Positions 49,593 through 60,190 of a DNA stretch of 64,000 bases are shown piece by piece. The translations under genes were made by a program, and so were the position numbers. This DNA is from Candidatus Latescibacterota bacterium (GTDB taxonomy: Bacteria; Latescibacterota; UBA2968; GCA-2709665): NCBI GenBank assembly GCA_963667175.2, contig CAXXXF010000002.1:256001-320000 (forward strand), read 5' to 3'. Positions within the stretch are counted from its first letter, which is position 1. Every line of letters starts with the position of its first letter. Below the pieces are notes generated by a model. It saw only the letters and a program-made list of their open reading frames with translations. It searched no databases and was not told where the DNA came from.

Positions 49593-52409
49593 CTATCGTC
49601 TCTCCAGATCCGGATGTTGTCTATGCCAATCCGTCGCCTGCTCGTAGGCAAGGCCCACGTTCAGAAGCGTCGCTTCGTCGTAGAGGTTTCCGATGAGCGT
49701 CAGTCCTCGCGGCATGCCGTCTGTGAACCCGCACTTCAACGTCAGCGCGGGATGCCCGGTGAGATTGGTAATTGTGAGACTCGCGCCGGCGTCTCCGGGC
49801 GCCAGCAGTACGTCCCAATCCTTCATCAATACCTCGAGATCGCGAATCATCAGGGACCGGACCTGCTGTGCGCGCAAATATTCCACGGCGGGCACCATCC
49901 GAAAGCTGCGAAGTACCGTCGGCCAGGAGCTGTTGTCCGCGTCTGTCATGGCGTCCAGTTCGCCCGCCCGCGTCGCGCTGTCGAACGCGGCCGCCGCTTC
50001 CACGCAGAGCATCATCGAAACCGCGCCGTGTGGGCACTCCGGAAGCGTCACGGGTTGAACGCGCATTCCGAGTTCTTCAAGCTTCCGGAACGCGGCTTCG
50101 TAGACGGCACGCTCTTCGGCGCCCTCGACGTCGTCGAATTCCCGCTGGATGAAGCCGACTCTCAATGCCCTTACATCCGGGGCTGCGGGCCAGTTGAACG
50201 GCGCGTCCACCACGGATCGGTCTCTCCCGTCCGGTCCGTGGATGGCGCTGAACACGGCCGCGCAGTCTTCGACGCCACGGCACATCGGACCCAGTTTGTC
50301 CATGGTCCAGGCAAGCGCCATCGCTCCGTAACGGCTCACGCGACCGTATGTTGGCCGCAGCCCCGTTACACCGCAGGTATGGCTCGGCGAGACGATCGAT
50401 CCCTGCGTTTCCGAACCGATGCTGAATCCAACGAGGCCGGCGGCGGTCGCGGCGGCGGGACCGGCCGAAGACCCGCTCGAGTCCGTCTCCGGATTCCATG
50501 GGTTCCGGGTCATCCCCCCGAACCAGTGCGGCCCCATGGCGAGCGCTCCGGTCGAGAGCTTGGCCGCGAGGACCGCGCCCGCGTCCCGAAGCCGTTCCAC
50601 AACGGCCGCGTCGGTCTCACCCGTTTGCTCCTTGAATGGCGTGGCGCCCCACGTGGTCCGGATCCCCTTTGTGGATAGCAGGTCCTTGGCGCCCCACGGA
50701 ATCCCATGAAGCGGACCGCGGTATTTCCCGGCCGTGATCTCCGCCTCGGCGGCCCTGGCCTGCGCCATCGCCAATTCTTCGGTACGTGAAACCACGCAAT
50801 GCAGCTTTTCGCCGAAAGCATCCAGCCGATCGAGGTAGAGCCTGGTGAGCTCCACGGGAGACACCGCCCTGGATTTCACCAGGCGCGCCAGCGCGCTTAC
50901 CGGCAGAAAGGCCAGATCGTCCCCGGATACCGGTCGCTCGACCATGGAGGCGGTCAGCCTGAACGCACGCTGTTCTCCCGACGGCGGCGGTTTCACGCCC
51001 GGAAGGAATACCGACGCCGGGCTTACGTCGTAACCCACGTGGACCTCGCGGAGTTCCCGGTACCGGAGTCGATATTGCTCGACGTCCCGTCGCATGTACC
51101 CGCGCTGCGCTTCGGTAAAGCGGATCCCGCTCAGCTGCTCCGAACCCGCGATCCTGGCGTCTACGACAGCTGCCTCCGCCTCCGCGATGCCGTGCAGCGA
51201 TACGTGCCGAATCTCCGTATCGACGTCCGGGCTGCACCCTTCGCCAATGTGTCCATGAGTGTAGACCAGATTGGGTACATCCACGCGATTGTGTCCGGTC
51301 TGCCGTTCGAGGGAGGGCAGCCAGTTCGAGGCGTCCGGTTCGTCCGACGATACCCTATAACCCGAGAATGTCTCTCCACCGTCGCGGGAGGTAAACAACG
51401 CGATCTCGTTGCTGGAATCCGACCAACCGCCGCCTGCCCGGCAGACCGGGACCGCGGCGTAGATGACGCCGTCGTCCGCGATGCTGAGCGCACACACGTC
51501 CGACGTTTCGCACGGGCCGTAGAGCCGCTCCGCCTCCGGCATCAGCGAGACGACCCGCCAGTCGTTCTTCCTTCTGGTGTAGAAAAACGTCTCCGCCGCG
51601 CCGCATTCGCGACGGTTCAGCGTAAAGCAGAGCGATCCCCGGCCGCCGGTTACGACGTTACCGATGCGCACGTCGAGACCTTCATCGAATTCGATGACGC
51701 AGGGTGAAGCCGGGGTTGTGGGCAGAGACAGGGCGGTTCCGTCCACCGTTGCCCAGGTCCCGCCTCCGTCGCGGGATCGCATCAGGCCGAACCCCCGGCC
51801 GCGTGTATCGCTGGTATCCGCTTCGGTTGCCCGCACGATATGATAGGCCAGATAGAGCGTTCCGCTCTTGTCGATGTGTAGCGCGTTCTCGAATTGCGTA
51901 TACGCGGGCGGCCCTTCCGGGTCGACGAGCTTCACCGGGTCCGTCCACTCGTCCCCCGTTGGCTTTTTCTGATACACCAGGGACCATGGCCGTTCCGCCG
52001 CGTAAGACCCGCGGTAACAGGCGTGCAACGTATCGTCGGCGTCGCACACCAGGCTCGGATAGGTCGCCGTCGTTCCACCGAACGAAGGCTGTTCCACCCA
52101 CGAGGTTGAGGTATTGGGGCGCCGGCTCACCACGTGCCGGATCGGGTTGTGATGGGGTCCGAACGCCAGATGCAGGTATCCCTTTGAATCCAGCGCAAAG
52201 GCCGCGCCGGCGTGGTTGTCGTCCCCGGTTCCGACGTAGACCGGCTTTCCCCAGCGCCTGGTCCCGTGATGATAGGTACGGACGTATATCCTGCAGATCT
52301 GGTCCAGCCAGGCCACGTGGGTCTTGCCCCCGTGCGTCAGGATCTTGTTGCTCATCGTGTACGCGGTTCCCCGCGTGGAACCCGTTGTGGAAAGCACCTT
52401 GTGTTTCAT
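49593..52409 (-). CDS. BNR-repeat beta-propeller fused to an amidase-signature domain
   Basis: DNH, SRDGG Asp-boxes; WGAKDL, GSSAG, GSETQGSIVSP. Confidence 0.85.
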   Translation of the reverse strand: MKHKVLSTTGSTRGTAYTMSNKILTHGGKTHVAWLDQICRIYVRTYHHGTRRWGKPVYVGTGDDNHAGAAFALDSKGYLHLAFGPHHNPIRHVVSRRPNTSTSWVEQPSFGGTTATYPSLVCDADDTLHACYRGSYAAERPWSLVYQKKPTGDEWTDPVKLVDPEGPPAYTQFENALHIDKSGTLYLAYHIVRATEADTSDTRGRGFGLMRSRDGGGTWATVDGTALSLPTTPASPCVIEFDEGLDVRIGNVVTGGRGSLCFTLNRRECGAAETFFYTRRKNDWRVVSLMPEAERLYGPCETSDVCALSIADDGVIYAAVPVCRAGGGWSDSSNEIALFTSRDGGETFSGYRVSSDEPDASNWLPSLERQTGHNRVDVPNLVYTHGHIGEGCSPDVDTEIRHVSLHGIAEAEAAVVDARIAGSEQLSGIRFTEAQRGYMRRDVEQYRLRYRELREVHVGYDVSPASVFLPGVKPPPSGEQRAFRLTASMVERPVSGDDLAFLPVSALARLVKSRAVSPVELTRLYLDRLDAFGEKLHCVVSRTEELAMAQARAAEAEITAGKYRGPLHGIPWGAKDLLSTKGIRTTWGATPFKEQTGETDAAVVERLRDAGAVLAAKLSTGALAMGPHWFGGMTRNPWNPETDSSGSSAGPAAATAAGLVGFSIGSETQGSIVSPSHTCGVTGLRPTYGRVSRYGAMALAWTMDKLGPMCRGVEDCAAVFSAIHGPDGRDRSVVDAPFNWPAAPDVRALRVGFIQREFDDVEGAEERAVYEAAFRKLEELGMRVQPVTLPECPHGAVSMMLCVEAAAAFDSATRAGELDAMTDADNSSWPTVLRSFRMVPAVEYLRAQQVRSLMIRDLEVLMKDWDVLLAPGDAGASLTITNLTGHPALTLKCGFTDGMPRGLTLIGNLYDEATLLNVGLAYEQATDWHRQHPDLERR

Positions 52410-52469
52410 AGTCTCCGCTCTTGCCGTTCCCTCGTTCTCTCGTCTTCTCGTTCCCTCGTGCCTTTGTCG

Positions 52470-53171
52470 TTACTCGTCCACGTCTATTCTCGCCACCCAT
52501 CCCGAGGTCGCGTCGCAATAGAGAAACCCGTCTTTGCAGCGGGAAAGCCCGTGCGGCTCGGGTTGAGACGCCGGGACCCTGATCTCTCCCAGAACAGTCC
52601 CGGATTGCGCGTCCAGTTTCACGATCGACCGCTCCGACGTATGAACCACCCAAACCCCATCTGTAACGCGTACGACGCCGTGCGCCCGTTCGTAAGGAAG
52701 GGAAAACACGCGCTGGATGGACCAATCCGAGATCCGCACCTGAGTCAGGGTCTGGCTCTTCAAGGTGGTCAGCCACAATGTACCCGGTTCAAACGCATCG
52801 TATTCCAGCCCGTGCGTTCCGCCGCCACCCGGCAACGGCCACCGCCCCTGTGTCTCTCCGGTCTTCGGATCCACCCGCAGAATCTCGCCCGAATCCGCGT
52901 CGGTGTTTCGCGGCGCCCGCCACTTCTCCGCGGAACCATTGGCCGCCAGCCAGAGCGATCCGTCCCCCCAGGCCAGCCCGCTGGTGTTGGATGACTCGGT
53001 CGACACTTCAGACCGCAGCCGCAGCATCCCGTACTCGTCCGCTTCCGAAACGCCCAGCAGCGCGACGCGATCCGTTACCTGGTCCACCACCCGGATGCCG
53101 TCGGCGGTTGCCTGCACGCCGTTCGGCATTCCGTACGGCGCCCGGAACCAGCGTTCGATTTTCATTTCCAT
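52470..53171 (-). CDS. Beta-propeller protein (Vgb/NHL-like)
   Basis: Repeated (P/T/A)HG(L/V) and SGLAW blade motifs. Confidence 0.65.
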   Translation of the reverse strand: MEMKIERWFRAPYGMPNGVQATADGIRVVDQVTDRVALLGVSEADEYGMLRLRSEVSTESSNTSGLAWGDGSLWLAANGSAEKWRAPRNTDADSGEILRVDPKTGETQGRWPLPGGGGTHGLEYDAFEPGTLWLTTLKSQTLTQVRISDWSIQRVFSLPYERAHGVVRVTDGVWVVHTSERSIVKLDAQSGTVLGEIRVPASQPEPHGLSRCKDGFLYCDATSGWVARIDVDE

Positions 53172-53250
53172 ACCGAAATCCTGCCGAAAGTGTGCTTCTT
53201 GCCCGCGTGATCTCCTCGGGGCCGAAATTGCGGCTGACGTCGAGGTTCCC

Positions 53251-54348
53251 TCAAGCGACCCGACAGTCGGCGACCTCGAACAGCCGGTGCTCCACCCACG
53301 GGTGCTCGCAGCAGGGGCCCCGGGCAAACCACGCCAGTCCGTTTGACGGCTCCAGCACGATGCCGCAGATCGTCTGCCCGCATCCGTCCACGCTGTGCCG
53401 GCAGATCGAAACGGGGCTGTTTACGTGGTCTTCCAGCGCCGACATGATCGTGTGGGCGCCCGGGTCGGCAGATCTCCGCAAAAGCCTCGTGGCACGGCCC
53501 CATCTTGCAAGGCTCTGGCCCTGTTGATCGTAAGCCCGACGCTCGAGCGGTTTCAGACGGTCTGCGAGGTAGTGGTTCGAGTGCGCCATGGGACCGTCGA
53601 ACGGGCTGGTTGCCTCGTAATCCGAGGCGGTGGTTTCCAGGTTGTAAATCTCGCCGTGCCGGTCGCACAGAACATAGTTCATTCCCGACGCGCGACGCGA
53701 CGAGACGACCGCGTCGATAGCGTCTCCAATGACTGAAGTGGCAAGGATCCGCCGGATCACGAAAGGGTAAGGTACGCCTGGCCCGGCGTCGCCCGGGACG
53801 AGGTTGTTGATGACAACGCCGATGCCTTCGCTGTTCAACCCCGCACACCCAAGCATCCCGGCCGTTGTATACATCAGCGCGTCCGGGCCGTCGCCCGTGA
53901 TCTTCAAGAGTGCGGCCGACCCATAGAAGATCTCGGCCAGGTCGTAATTCTGGCCGATTGCGGCTATGCCTCCGCCTTCCATCTCCGGGATCATAAACGT
54001 CGTGCAACCCGCCTCGATGAACGTCGGAGAGAGATGGTCGATAATGTCCAGAAAGCCGTTCAGCGCCAGGATCTCCTCGTACGGCACGCCGGCGCCCCTG
54101 GCGATTCCTCTCGCCTCTTCCACGAGGTCCGGGGCGTATGCTTCCGCGGGCTCTGCGTAGGTCGCGGAGATTTCAAGCACCCGTGTCCTGCTCAACACGG
54201 GCACGCCATGGTCCCGGCTGGTGCGCTCCAGATAGTCAAAATAGGCCGGAAGCAGCGTGCGAATCGCTTCCCGGTAGAACTCTCCGTGCGATTGCCCGCG
54301 ATTCACGGGCGATCCGGAAACTTCAAGAAGAGGAAATCCGTCGTTCAT
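53251..54348 (-). CDS. Peptidase C45 / AAT-family autoproteolytic acyltransferase
   Basis: GCTT, GQNYD, GLNSEG, HSNHY. Confidence 0.88.
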   Translation of the reverse strand: MNDGFPLLEVSGSPVNRGQSHGEFYREAIRTLLPAYFDYLERTSRDHGVPVLSRTRVLEISATYAEPAEAYAPDLVEEARGIARGAGVPYEEILALNGFLDIIDHLSPTFIEAGCTTFMIPEMEGGGIAAIGQNYDLAEIFYGSAALLKITGDGPDALMYTTAGMLGCAGLNSEGIGVVINNLVPGDAGPGVPYPFVIRRILATSVIGDAIDAVVSSRRASGMNYVLCDRHGEIYNLETTASDYEATSPFDGPMAHSNHYLADRLKPLERRAYDQQGQSLARWGRATRLLRRSADPGAHTIMSALEDHVNSPVSICRHSVDGCGQTICGIVLEPSNGLAWFARGPCCEHPWVEHRLFEVADCRVA

Positions 54349-54397
54349 TTTCGTTCTCCTCGATCAGCGGGACGGAGGCGTCCCGATCCGGAATTGT

Positions 54398-55813
54398 TCA
54401 CGAGTCGCCATCCACAGTTTCTTCGTTTTCCACGGCATCCCGCGCCTGTAGTTTCCTCGCCGTCTTCGGCGACCCGATGTAAAGGGCTTCGTAGGCCGCT
54501 CTCGAACTGGGAAAGGGTCCTTCGTGCCGGGTGCCGTGCCACTGCAGATTCGTGAACATCGGATTGGTCAGCCCCGTTTCCGCCTCCCGCTTCGAAATCC
54601 ACGCGTCCATGCGGGCTCGGAGCATCCGCGCGATCTCCGGTTCCCGGTCCGCAAGGTTCGTGTTCTCGGCCGGGTCTTCCACGAGGTTGTACAACTCGAC
54701 CTCGGGTTTTCCGTGGAAATCGGGCTCGAGCGCCACAATCAGCTTCCACTCGGACGTGCGCCACCCGTGCTTGCGCATCCAGGTGGCCTCGGTGATATAG
54801 AATTCAGACCGGTTCGATGCGCGCGTTCCCTGTATCAGCGGCAACAGGCTGTCTCCGTCGAATTCGATCCTGGTCGGGATTTCCAGGAGTTCCAGCAGGG
54901 TCGGCACGAGATCGGCGTGACTCGAATATCCCGTCACCCGCCGTCCGTCGGGCAACACGCCCGGGAGGCGCAGAATCAGCGGCACGTGCAGGGTGCAGTC
55001 GTACATCCCGTGATGATCGAAGTAACAATCGTGATCGACCAGCGTCTCGCCATGGTCTCCGTTGAATACCACGAGCGTATCTTCCGTCAGCCCCAGTTCC
55101 TCCAGGCGCGTGAGGATCCGCTGGATGCAGGCATCCATATACGCGATTTCGCCGTCGTATTGTGCGATCACGTAGTCTGCGTCCGTGATGCCGGGCGGCA
55201 TCCAGCTGAGATGAAAGTCGCGAAACGGTTTGAAATTTCGCACCGGCTCCATCGACGTCTTCGTGGGATCGCACGGATCGCCGCTGTAGAACATCGTATC
55301 GTACGGCGGGGGCGGCAGGTAGGGCGCGTGTGGATCCATATGGCGCAGAAACAGGAAGAAGGGTCGGTCTGCCGAGGCGAGCCGTTCCAGTTCCGGAATC
55401 GTCACGTCGTTCAGCCATTCGGCCTTGCGCAGGGGCCGCTGCTCCCACGAGCCCCACGCCTCGTAGTTCAGGTATTGGTCGAACCCGCGGGAACCGGGGT
55501 TGCCCGTGAAACCGACACATGTCGTATCGTAACCGGCGTTACGCAGAATCTCGGGCAGGCTTGTCACCTCGGGCCGCAGCCCGCCCTGGTGGCGCAATGC
55601 CACGACCTGTGTGGTAAAGCAATCCATACCGGTCAGCATGGACGCGTAGGCCGAGGTCGTGGGGATGTGCGGGCTGTAATTCTTCTCGAACAACACCCCC
55701 TGTGCGGCCAGCCGATCCACGTATGGGGTTGTCAGCCGTTCGTACCCGTAACAGCTCATGTGGTCGGCCCACAGGCTGTCCACCCCGAAAAACAGCAGAT
55801 TCCGTTTGCCCAT
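54398..55813 (-). CDS. Sulfatase-like (alkaline phosphatase superfamily) hydrolase
   Basis: DSL.ADH..YGY..TP, MDPHAPY, YDGEIAYMD, GDHGE. Confidence 0.88.
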   Translation of the reverse strand: MGKRNLLFFGVDSLWADHMSCYGYERLTTPYVDRLAAQGVLFEKNYSPHIPTTSAYASMLTGMDCFTTQVVALRHQGGLRPEVTSLPEILRNAGYDTTCVGFTGNPGSRGFDQYLNYEAWGSWEQRPLRKAEWLNDVTIPELERLASADRPFFLFLRHMDPHAPYLPPPPYDTMFYSGDPCDPTKTSMEPVRNFKPFRDFHLSWMPPGITDADYVIAQYDGEIAYMDACIQRILTRLEELGLTEDTLVVFNGDHGETLVDHDCYFDHHGMYDCTLHVPLILRLPGVLPDGRRVTGYSSHADLVPTLLELLEIPTRIEFDGDSLLPLIQGTRASNRSEFYITEATWMRKHGWRTSEWKLIVALEPDFHGKPEVELYNLVEDPAENTNLADREPEIARMLRARMDAWISKREAETGLTNPMFTNLQWHGTRHEGPFPSSRAAYEALYIGSPKTARKLQARDAVENEETVDGDS

Positions 55814-55843
55814 TTTCTCTGAACCCCTTCGCCCGTTTCGGAA

Positions 55844-56938
55844 TCAGTCCTGCATCAGCGGCAGCCTCACCGGCCGTCCGGTTTCGTAACACTGCAGGGC
55901 GGCAAACGCGATTTCGTGCGTGACAATCGCGTCGTCCAGGTTGCAGTGCGATTCCGTATTCGTCTGAATGCATTCGACGAAGTGGTCCATCTGCCCCTGG
56001 AACGGATGATGGGTCACGTCCGCGCTATCCGGCAGGATGGCCGGGATCTCCACCCAGTTGTTCTGTCCCGGATACTTGTGCGACCAGACCTTGTTATCCT
56101 TAACGGTGCCTTTGTTTCCGAAGATCTCCACCGGGAACGTGTACGGCATGATGCACCCGTAGTTCACCGAGACCTTTCCGACCGCGCCGTTGGAGAACTT
56201 CACCAGGGCGACTTCCAGGTCGTCGTATTCCAGCGGCAGGCCGTCCACCCACTTGTTGGCCAGGTAGTCGAACTCTTTCTTGAGACCTTTGCGATATCCG
56301 CCCGAGTAGGCGAATACCTCCATGGGTTGCGCGGCCTCGAACTCTCCCTGGGCCGCGAACCAGCGCAGCGAGTCGATGGCGTGGCATCCGCCGGTCAAAA
56401 ACGCGCTCACGCCCGTGCTCGTTTTCCTGGCCTCGTCCCAGCCCGTCCACCAGCTTGCAATGTCGTGCTGGTAATCGGCCTCCACGTAGAAGACGTCTCC
56501 CAGGGCGTCGTCGGCCACCATGGATTTGATGGTCTCGAACAGCGGATTCCAGCGGAGCACGAAACTCACCACCGTCCGTACGCCCGTCGTGCGCACGGCG
56601 CCGCGCATGGCCCGGATTTCGTCCAGGCTGTTGGCGATGGGCTTCTCGATGACAACGTGTTTCCCTGCCTCCGCCGCTGCGATCGTGTTTTCCGCGTGAA
56701 AGCGCTGCGGGGTACAGACGCACACGACGTCCACGCCGTCGTGCGCCAGGGCCCGCTCGTAGTTGTCGTACAGCCCGATGCCTTCCAGGCCGGCCTCTTC
56801 CGCGCGAGTCCGCGCGCTTGCCAGTTTCCGGCTGGAAACCGCCACCACTTCGGTATGCGGATTGTTGGTAAAGGCCATGATGTGCTGCGTGGACACCCAA
56901 CCCGCGCCGTGAACCAGAACCCCGAGTTTATCGGCCAT
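55844..56938 (-). CDS. Gfo/Idh/MocA oxidoreductase
   Basis: GAGWVS, GKHVVIEKP, GCHAID. Confidence 0.9.
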   Translation of the reverse strand: MADKLGVLVHGAGWVSTQHIMAFTNNPHTEVVAVSSRKLASARTRAEEAGLEGIGLYDNYERALAHDGVDVVCVCTPQRFHAENTIAAAEAGKHVVIEKPIANSLDEIRAMRGAVRTTGVRTVVSFVLRWNPLFETIKSMVADDALGDVFYVEADYQHDIASWWTGWDEARKTSTGVSAFLTGGCHAIDSLRWFAAQGEFEAAQPMEVFAYSGGYRKGLKKEFDYLANKWVDGLPLEYDDLEVALVKFSNGAVGKVSVNYGCIMPYTFPVEIFGNKGTVKDNKVWSHKYPGQNNWVEIPAILPDSADVTHHPFQGQMDHFVECIQTNTESHCNLDDAIVTHEIAFAALQCYETGRPVRLPLMQD

Positions 56939-57119
56939 CTCGAACCTCCCTGGAATGTTTACCGAACAGCGGGTAACCGGGATCGATTCAGCGGTTACCC
57001 TCAATCCGGTATATCGACTACAACCGTGACTGATCGAATAGCGGCACGTGGGACGGGGCCGCCTCGCCGACGTCCGGCGAACCGCCCGTTACCCGCCTGT
57101 CGCCAATACATCTAAAGGT

Positions 57120-57647
57120 CTAGCGAGGCTGCAAGCACCGCCAGGCCTTCCAGGTCGCTGCCCCGCCGACCAGCAGCAGGGCGGCGTTTCCAAGCAGTTT
57201 CAGCCCGTCCGCGTCCAGGCCGCTTTCGAGCAGGAAAGAAGGCGCGACTGAGATGATGATGACGGCGGCGTAGAACGCGGCGAACGACATTGACACGACG
57301 CAACCGACGCGGACAACCTTGCCGGACAGCCTTCCCAGGGCAAAGGAACAAGCGGCCCACAGCGCGCCGACCGGCAGCGCCAGCAGCAGCAAAGCGGCCA
57401 GCGGGACGCTGACCGCCAGTGCGACACAGACCATGATGGCGCTGCCCGTATCGCCGCCTGCGAGATCGCCCGCCCGTGCTGCCAGCATCAGCGCGTAAAA
57501 GTAGAGACCGTAGATTCCCGACGCCATGGCGTACCAGGGCAGAGCAGCGGCAATGAGCAACGCAACGCGAGCCAGCAAGCCGGGACGACGGCGATGATTC
57601 GCGGCGCGACTCCGAGGAGCGGCGCCGCCATCGTTGCGAAAGTTCAT
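57120..57647 (-). CDS. Membrane hypothetical protein
   Basis: Several hydrophobic helices; start uncertain. Confidence 0.5.
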   Translation of the reverse strand: MNFRNDGGAAPRSRAANHRRRPGLLARVALLIAAALPWYAMASGIYGLYFYALMLAARAGDLAGGDTGSAIMVCVALAVSVPLAALLLLALPVGALWAACSFALGRLSGKVVRVGCVVSMSFAAFYAAVIIISVAPSFLLESGLDADGLKLLGNAALLLVGGAATWKAWRCLQPR

Positions 57648-57935
57648 GGCTGACCGTCCGGGATGAAGACGCCGTGACAGAACCGGCCCGATGGAACGTA
57701 AGATTCCGCATCGGCAAACGGACACGTAACCTAATGCCAGAGCCGAAGCGCCGCAAGCGGAATAGAGGTCTGCGAGGGAGAGGGGGCCGGGTGGAGAGGT
57801 TCCGCCAGGAGAGGTCGCCGCTTGCGCAGGGTTTTTTGCGGTCGGAACCGCATTTGACTTCGAGAAGCATACCCGATATCTTGAACGAAGCAACCACGTA
57901 CGGAGAGATCCGAGCCGTCCAATAGGGGATTCGTT

Positions 57936-58922
57936 TTGCTTCCGAGCATAACGCCGCTGAGACCGTACTTCAGAGAGATGATCTGGGGCGGCCGCAGGCT
58001 GGGGGATCAGTATAACAAAGCTCTGCCGACCGGCAGGAATATCGGCGAGTCCTGGGAGGTTTCCACGTGCCCCGGCATGGAAAGCGTTGTTGCGTCCGGT
58101 CCGTTTTCAGGACGGCCCCTGCGCGATCTGGTCGAATCGCACGGCCCCGAGTTGCTCGGCCGCGAGGTCTTCGAACGATACAACGGTGAATTCCCGCTGC
58201 TCGTCAAGTTACTCGACGCCCACCAGGACCTTTCCATTCAGGTGCACCCGGACGACGCGTACGCGCGGATGAAGCAACTTGGAAGATTCGGAAAGATGGA
58301 AGCCTGGTACGTGCTCCGGTCCGAAAACGGCCGCATCGCCTGCGGACTGAAGCCCGGGGTTGACATGGCCGCGTTCACAGATGCCGTAAACTACAACAGG
58401 GTCTCCGATGCCGTCGAGTATTTCGACGCACGTCCCGGAGACGTCGTCTTCATCCCGCCTGGAACCGTCCATGCCCTGTGCTCCGGGGTCATGGTATACG
58501 AGGTCCAGCAGTCCAGCGACGTCACCTTCCGCATTTACGACTACAACCGCCCCGGGGCCGACGGGAAACCCAGGGAACTGCATATTGACGACGCCCTGAA
58601 GGTCATCGATTTCGAAGGGCCGCGACGAGAGCCCGTCGCCTCGTCCACGCTGCCCTCGACAAGCCCCGGCCGGGCCGTTCTCGTCGAGTCCGAACACTTC
58701 CGGCTGGAACGGTGCAGTCCATTGCAGGCCCGGACCCAACATCCCCCGTACCCGTCGTTGGCCGCGCTTACCTTTCTTTCGGGCAGTGCCGAAATTCAGG
58801 GAGGCAGTATCGCCTGCCGCGCCGGGAAGGGCGACACCCTTCTTATCCCTGCCGGCCGGGACTTCGCCGTAATCCAGGAGGGTGATATCCCTCCCGAATA
58901 CCTCGTGTCGTCGGTGCCCTGA
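57936..58922 (+). CDS. manA: Mannose-6-phosphate isomerase, class I
   Basis: IWGG, GESWE, PLLVKLLDA..LSIQVHPDD, EVQQSSDVTFR. Confidence 0.92.
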   Translation: MLPSITPLRPYFREMIWGGRRLGDQYNKALPTGRNIGESWEVSTCPGMESVVASGPFSGRPLRDLVESHGPELLGREVFERYNGEFPLLVKLLDAHQDLSIQVHPDDAYARMKQLGRFGKMEAWYVLRSENGRIACGLKPGVDMAAFTDAVNYNRVSDAVEYFDARPGDVVFIPPGTVHALCSGVMVYEVQQSSDVTFRIYDYNRPGADGKPRELHIDDALKVIDFEGPRREPVASSTLPSTSPGRAVLVESEHFRLERCSPLQARTQHPPYPSLAALTFLSGSAEIQGGSIACRAGKGDTLLIPAGRDFAVIQEGDIPPEYLVSSVP

Positions 58923-58945
58923 TCCGTCGCCGCTGATGACAAGAC

Positions 58946-58984
58946 GAAGCCCCGGAGAAGCGATTCTCCGGGGCTTTCTGTTTT
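58946..58984. terminator. Rho-independent terminator between convergent genes
   Basis: GAAGCCCCGGAGAA/TTCTCCGGGGCTTT hairpin followed by a T-rich tail. Confidence 0.75.
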
Positions 58985-59014
58985 GCATGGCCGCGAGACA
59001 CGTCTGTTCTTTCT

Positions 59015-59473
59015 CTACTCCTCCCCGTCGTAATAGTCCGCGTCGGTCATGCGCCCGAGTTTGCCCGGCGGCCGGATGGCCCATTTGTCCGAATCGGGAT
59101 AATAGCAGGGGTCGCACACGGGATTGTCGGCAATCACGTAGTAGATCAGGTCCTCGTCTTCACTCGGATTGCGGACGTGGTGCGCGGTCCCCGGCGGTTG
59201 AACGAACACGTCATCGGCCTTGACCTCGAACGTGCGGTCGTTCCGCCTGACGACGCCGCGGCCGCTGACCACGATGTAGAATTCCCACTGAACCTGGTGC
59301 GCGTGGTAGGGAAAATTGGTCATCCCCGGCTTCAAGCGCACCCAGTCGATTTCGAACGGCCGGTCCCCGGTTTCGAGCGATCCGGACACGTCCTTTCGCG
59401 ACACCTGGAACGTCCCTTTGGGGGAGTGGTGGGATCGTTCTTCGATTTCCGCCAGGTTGATCTTTTCTTTCAT
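59015..59473 (-). CDS. Cupin-domain protein
   Basis: PYHAH..EFYIVVSG, AHH, YYPDSDK. Confidence 0.85.
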   Translation of the reverse strand: MKEKINLAEIEERSHHSPKGTFQVSRKDVSGSLETGDRPFEIDWVRLKPGMTNFPYHAHQVQWEFYIVVSGRGVVRRNDRTFEVKADDVFVQPPGTAHHVRNPSEDEDLIYYVIADNPVCDPCYYPDSDKWAIRPPGKLGRMTDADYYDGEE

Positions 59474-59503
59474 GATATCACTCCTCCCAATCGGGTGATG
59501 CCG

Positions 59504-60169
59504 TCAGCGTTGTTTCATCCAACCACATGCCACGCGAGCCAATTCATCGAGTACGGGTTCGTCGGACGTCCTTCGTTTCAGCACCTTGAACCCGTGATCC
59601 GCGGTGTCCACCACGTGAAGCCTGGCGCCTTCCAGTTTCCCCACCACCGGCTCCAGCAGAGCCAATTTCGCCATCTTGTCCCGCTGTCCGGACAGAAACA
59701 ACATGGGCGCCGGCACGTCCTGCAGATGCTCGGCGCGGTCCGCGTTCGGCTTGCCGGCGTGCAATGGAAACGCGAAGAAGACAATGCCCTTCAGCCCGTC
59801 TATCGGCTCTTGCGCACAGGCCATGGAGACCATGCGCCCGCTCATGGAGTGCCCCCCGGCGAAGACCGGGAGTCCATCCGCGTGATTCATCGCCGTCGTG
59901 ACCGCAGCGCGCACGGTGGCGAGGCGCACCTTCTCGCCGTCCATGCCCCCGCCTTTTTCGGAATAAGGATAGTTGAAACGGAACGTGGCGATGCCCGCGT
60001 CGTTCAACGCGTCGCTCAGGTCCTGCATGAACGAATGGCGCATATTCGTGCCCGCGCCGTGGCCCAGCACCAGCAGCGCCTCGGCGCCGTGCGGCAGGGC
60101 GAACAGCGCCGAGACCTCGCCCTTTTCCTCGGTCGCCAGAAATCTCAATTCTTCGGCTTCAACAGCCAT
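59504..60169 (-). CDS. Alpha/beta hydrolase
   Basis: HGAG, GGHSMSGR, FPLH. Confidence 0.85.
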   Translation of the reverse strand: MAVEAEELRFLATEEKGEVSALFALPHGAEALLVLGHGAGTNMRHSFMQDLSDALNDAGIATFRFNYPYSEKGGGMDGEKVRLATVRAAVTTAMNHADGLPVFAGGHSMSGRMVSMACAQEPIDGLKGIVFFAFPLHAGKPNADRAEHLQDVPAPMLFLSGQRDKMAKLALLEPVVGKLEGARLHVVDTADHGFKVLKRRTSDEPVLDELARVACGWMKQR

Positions 60170-60190
60170 TTTCTACCCTTCGTTAGCGGA

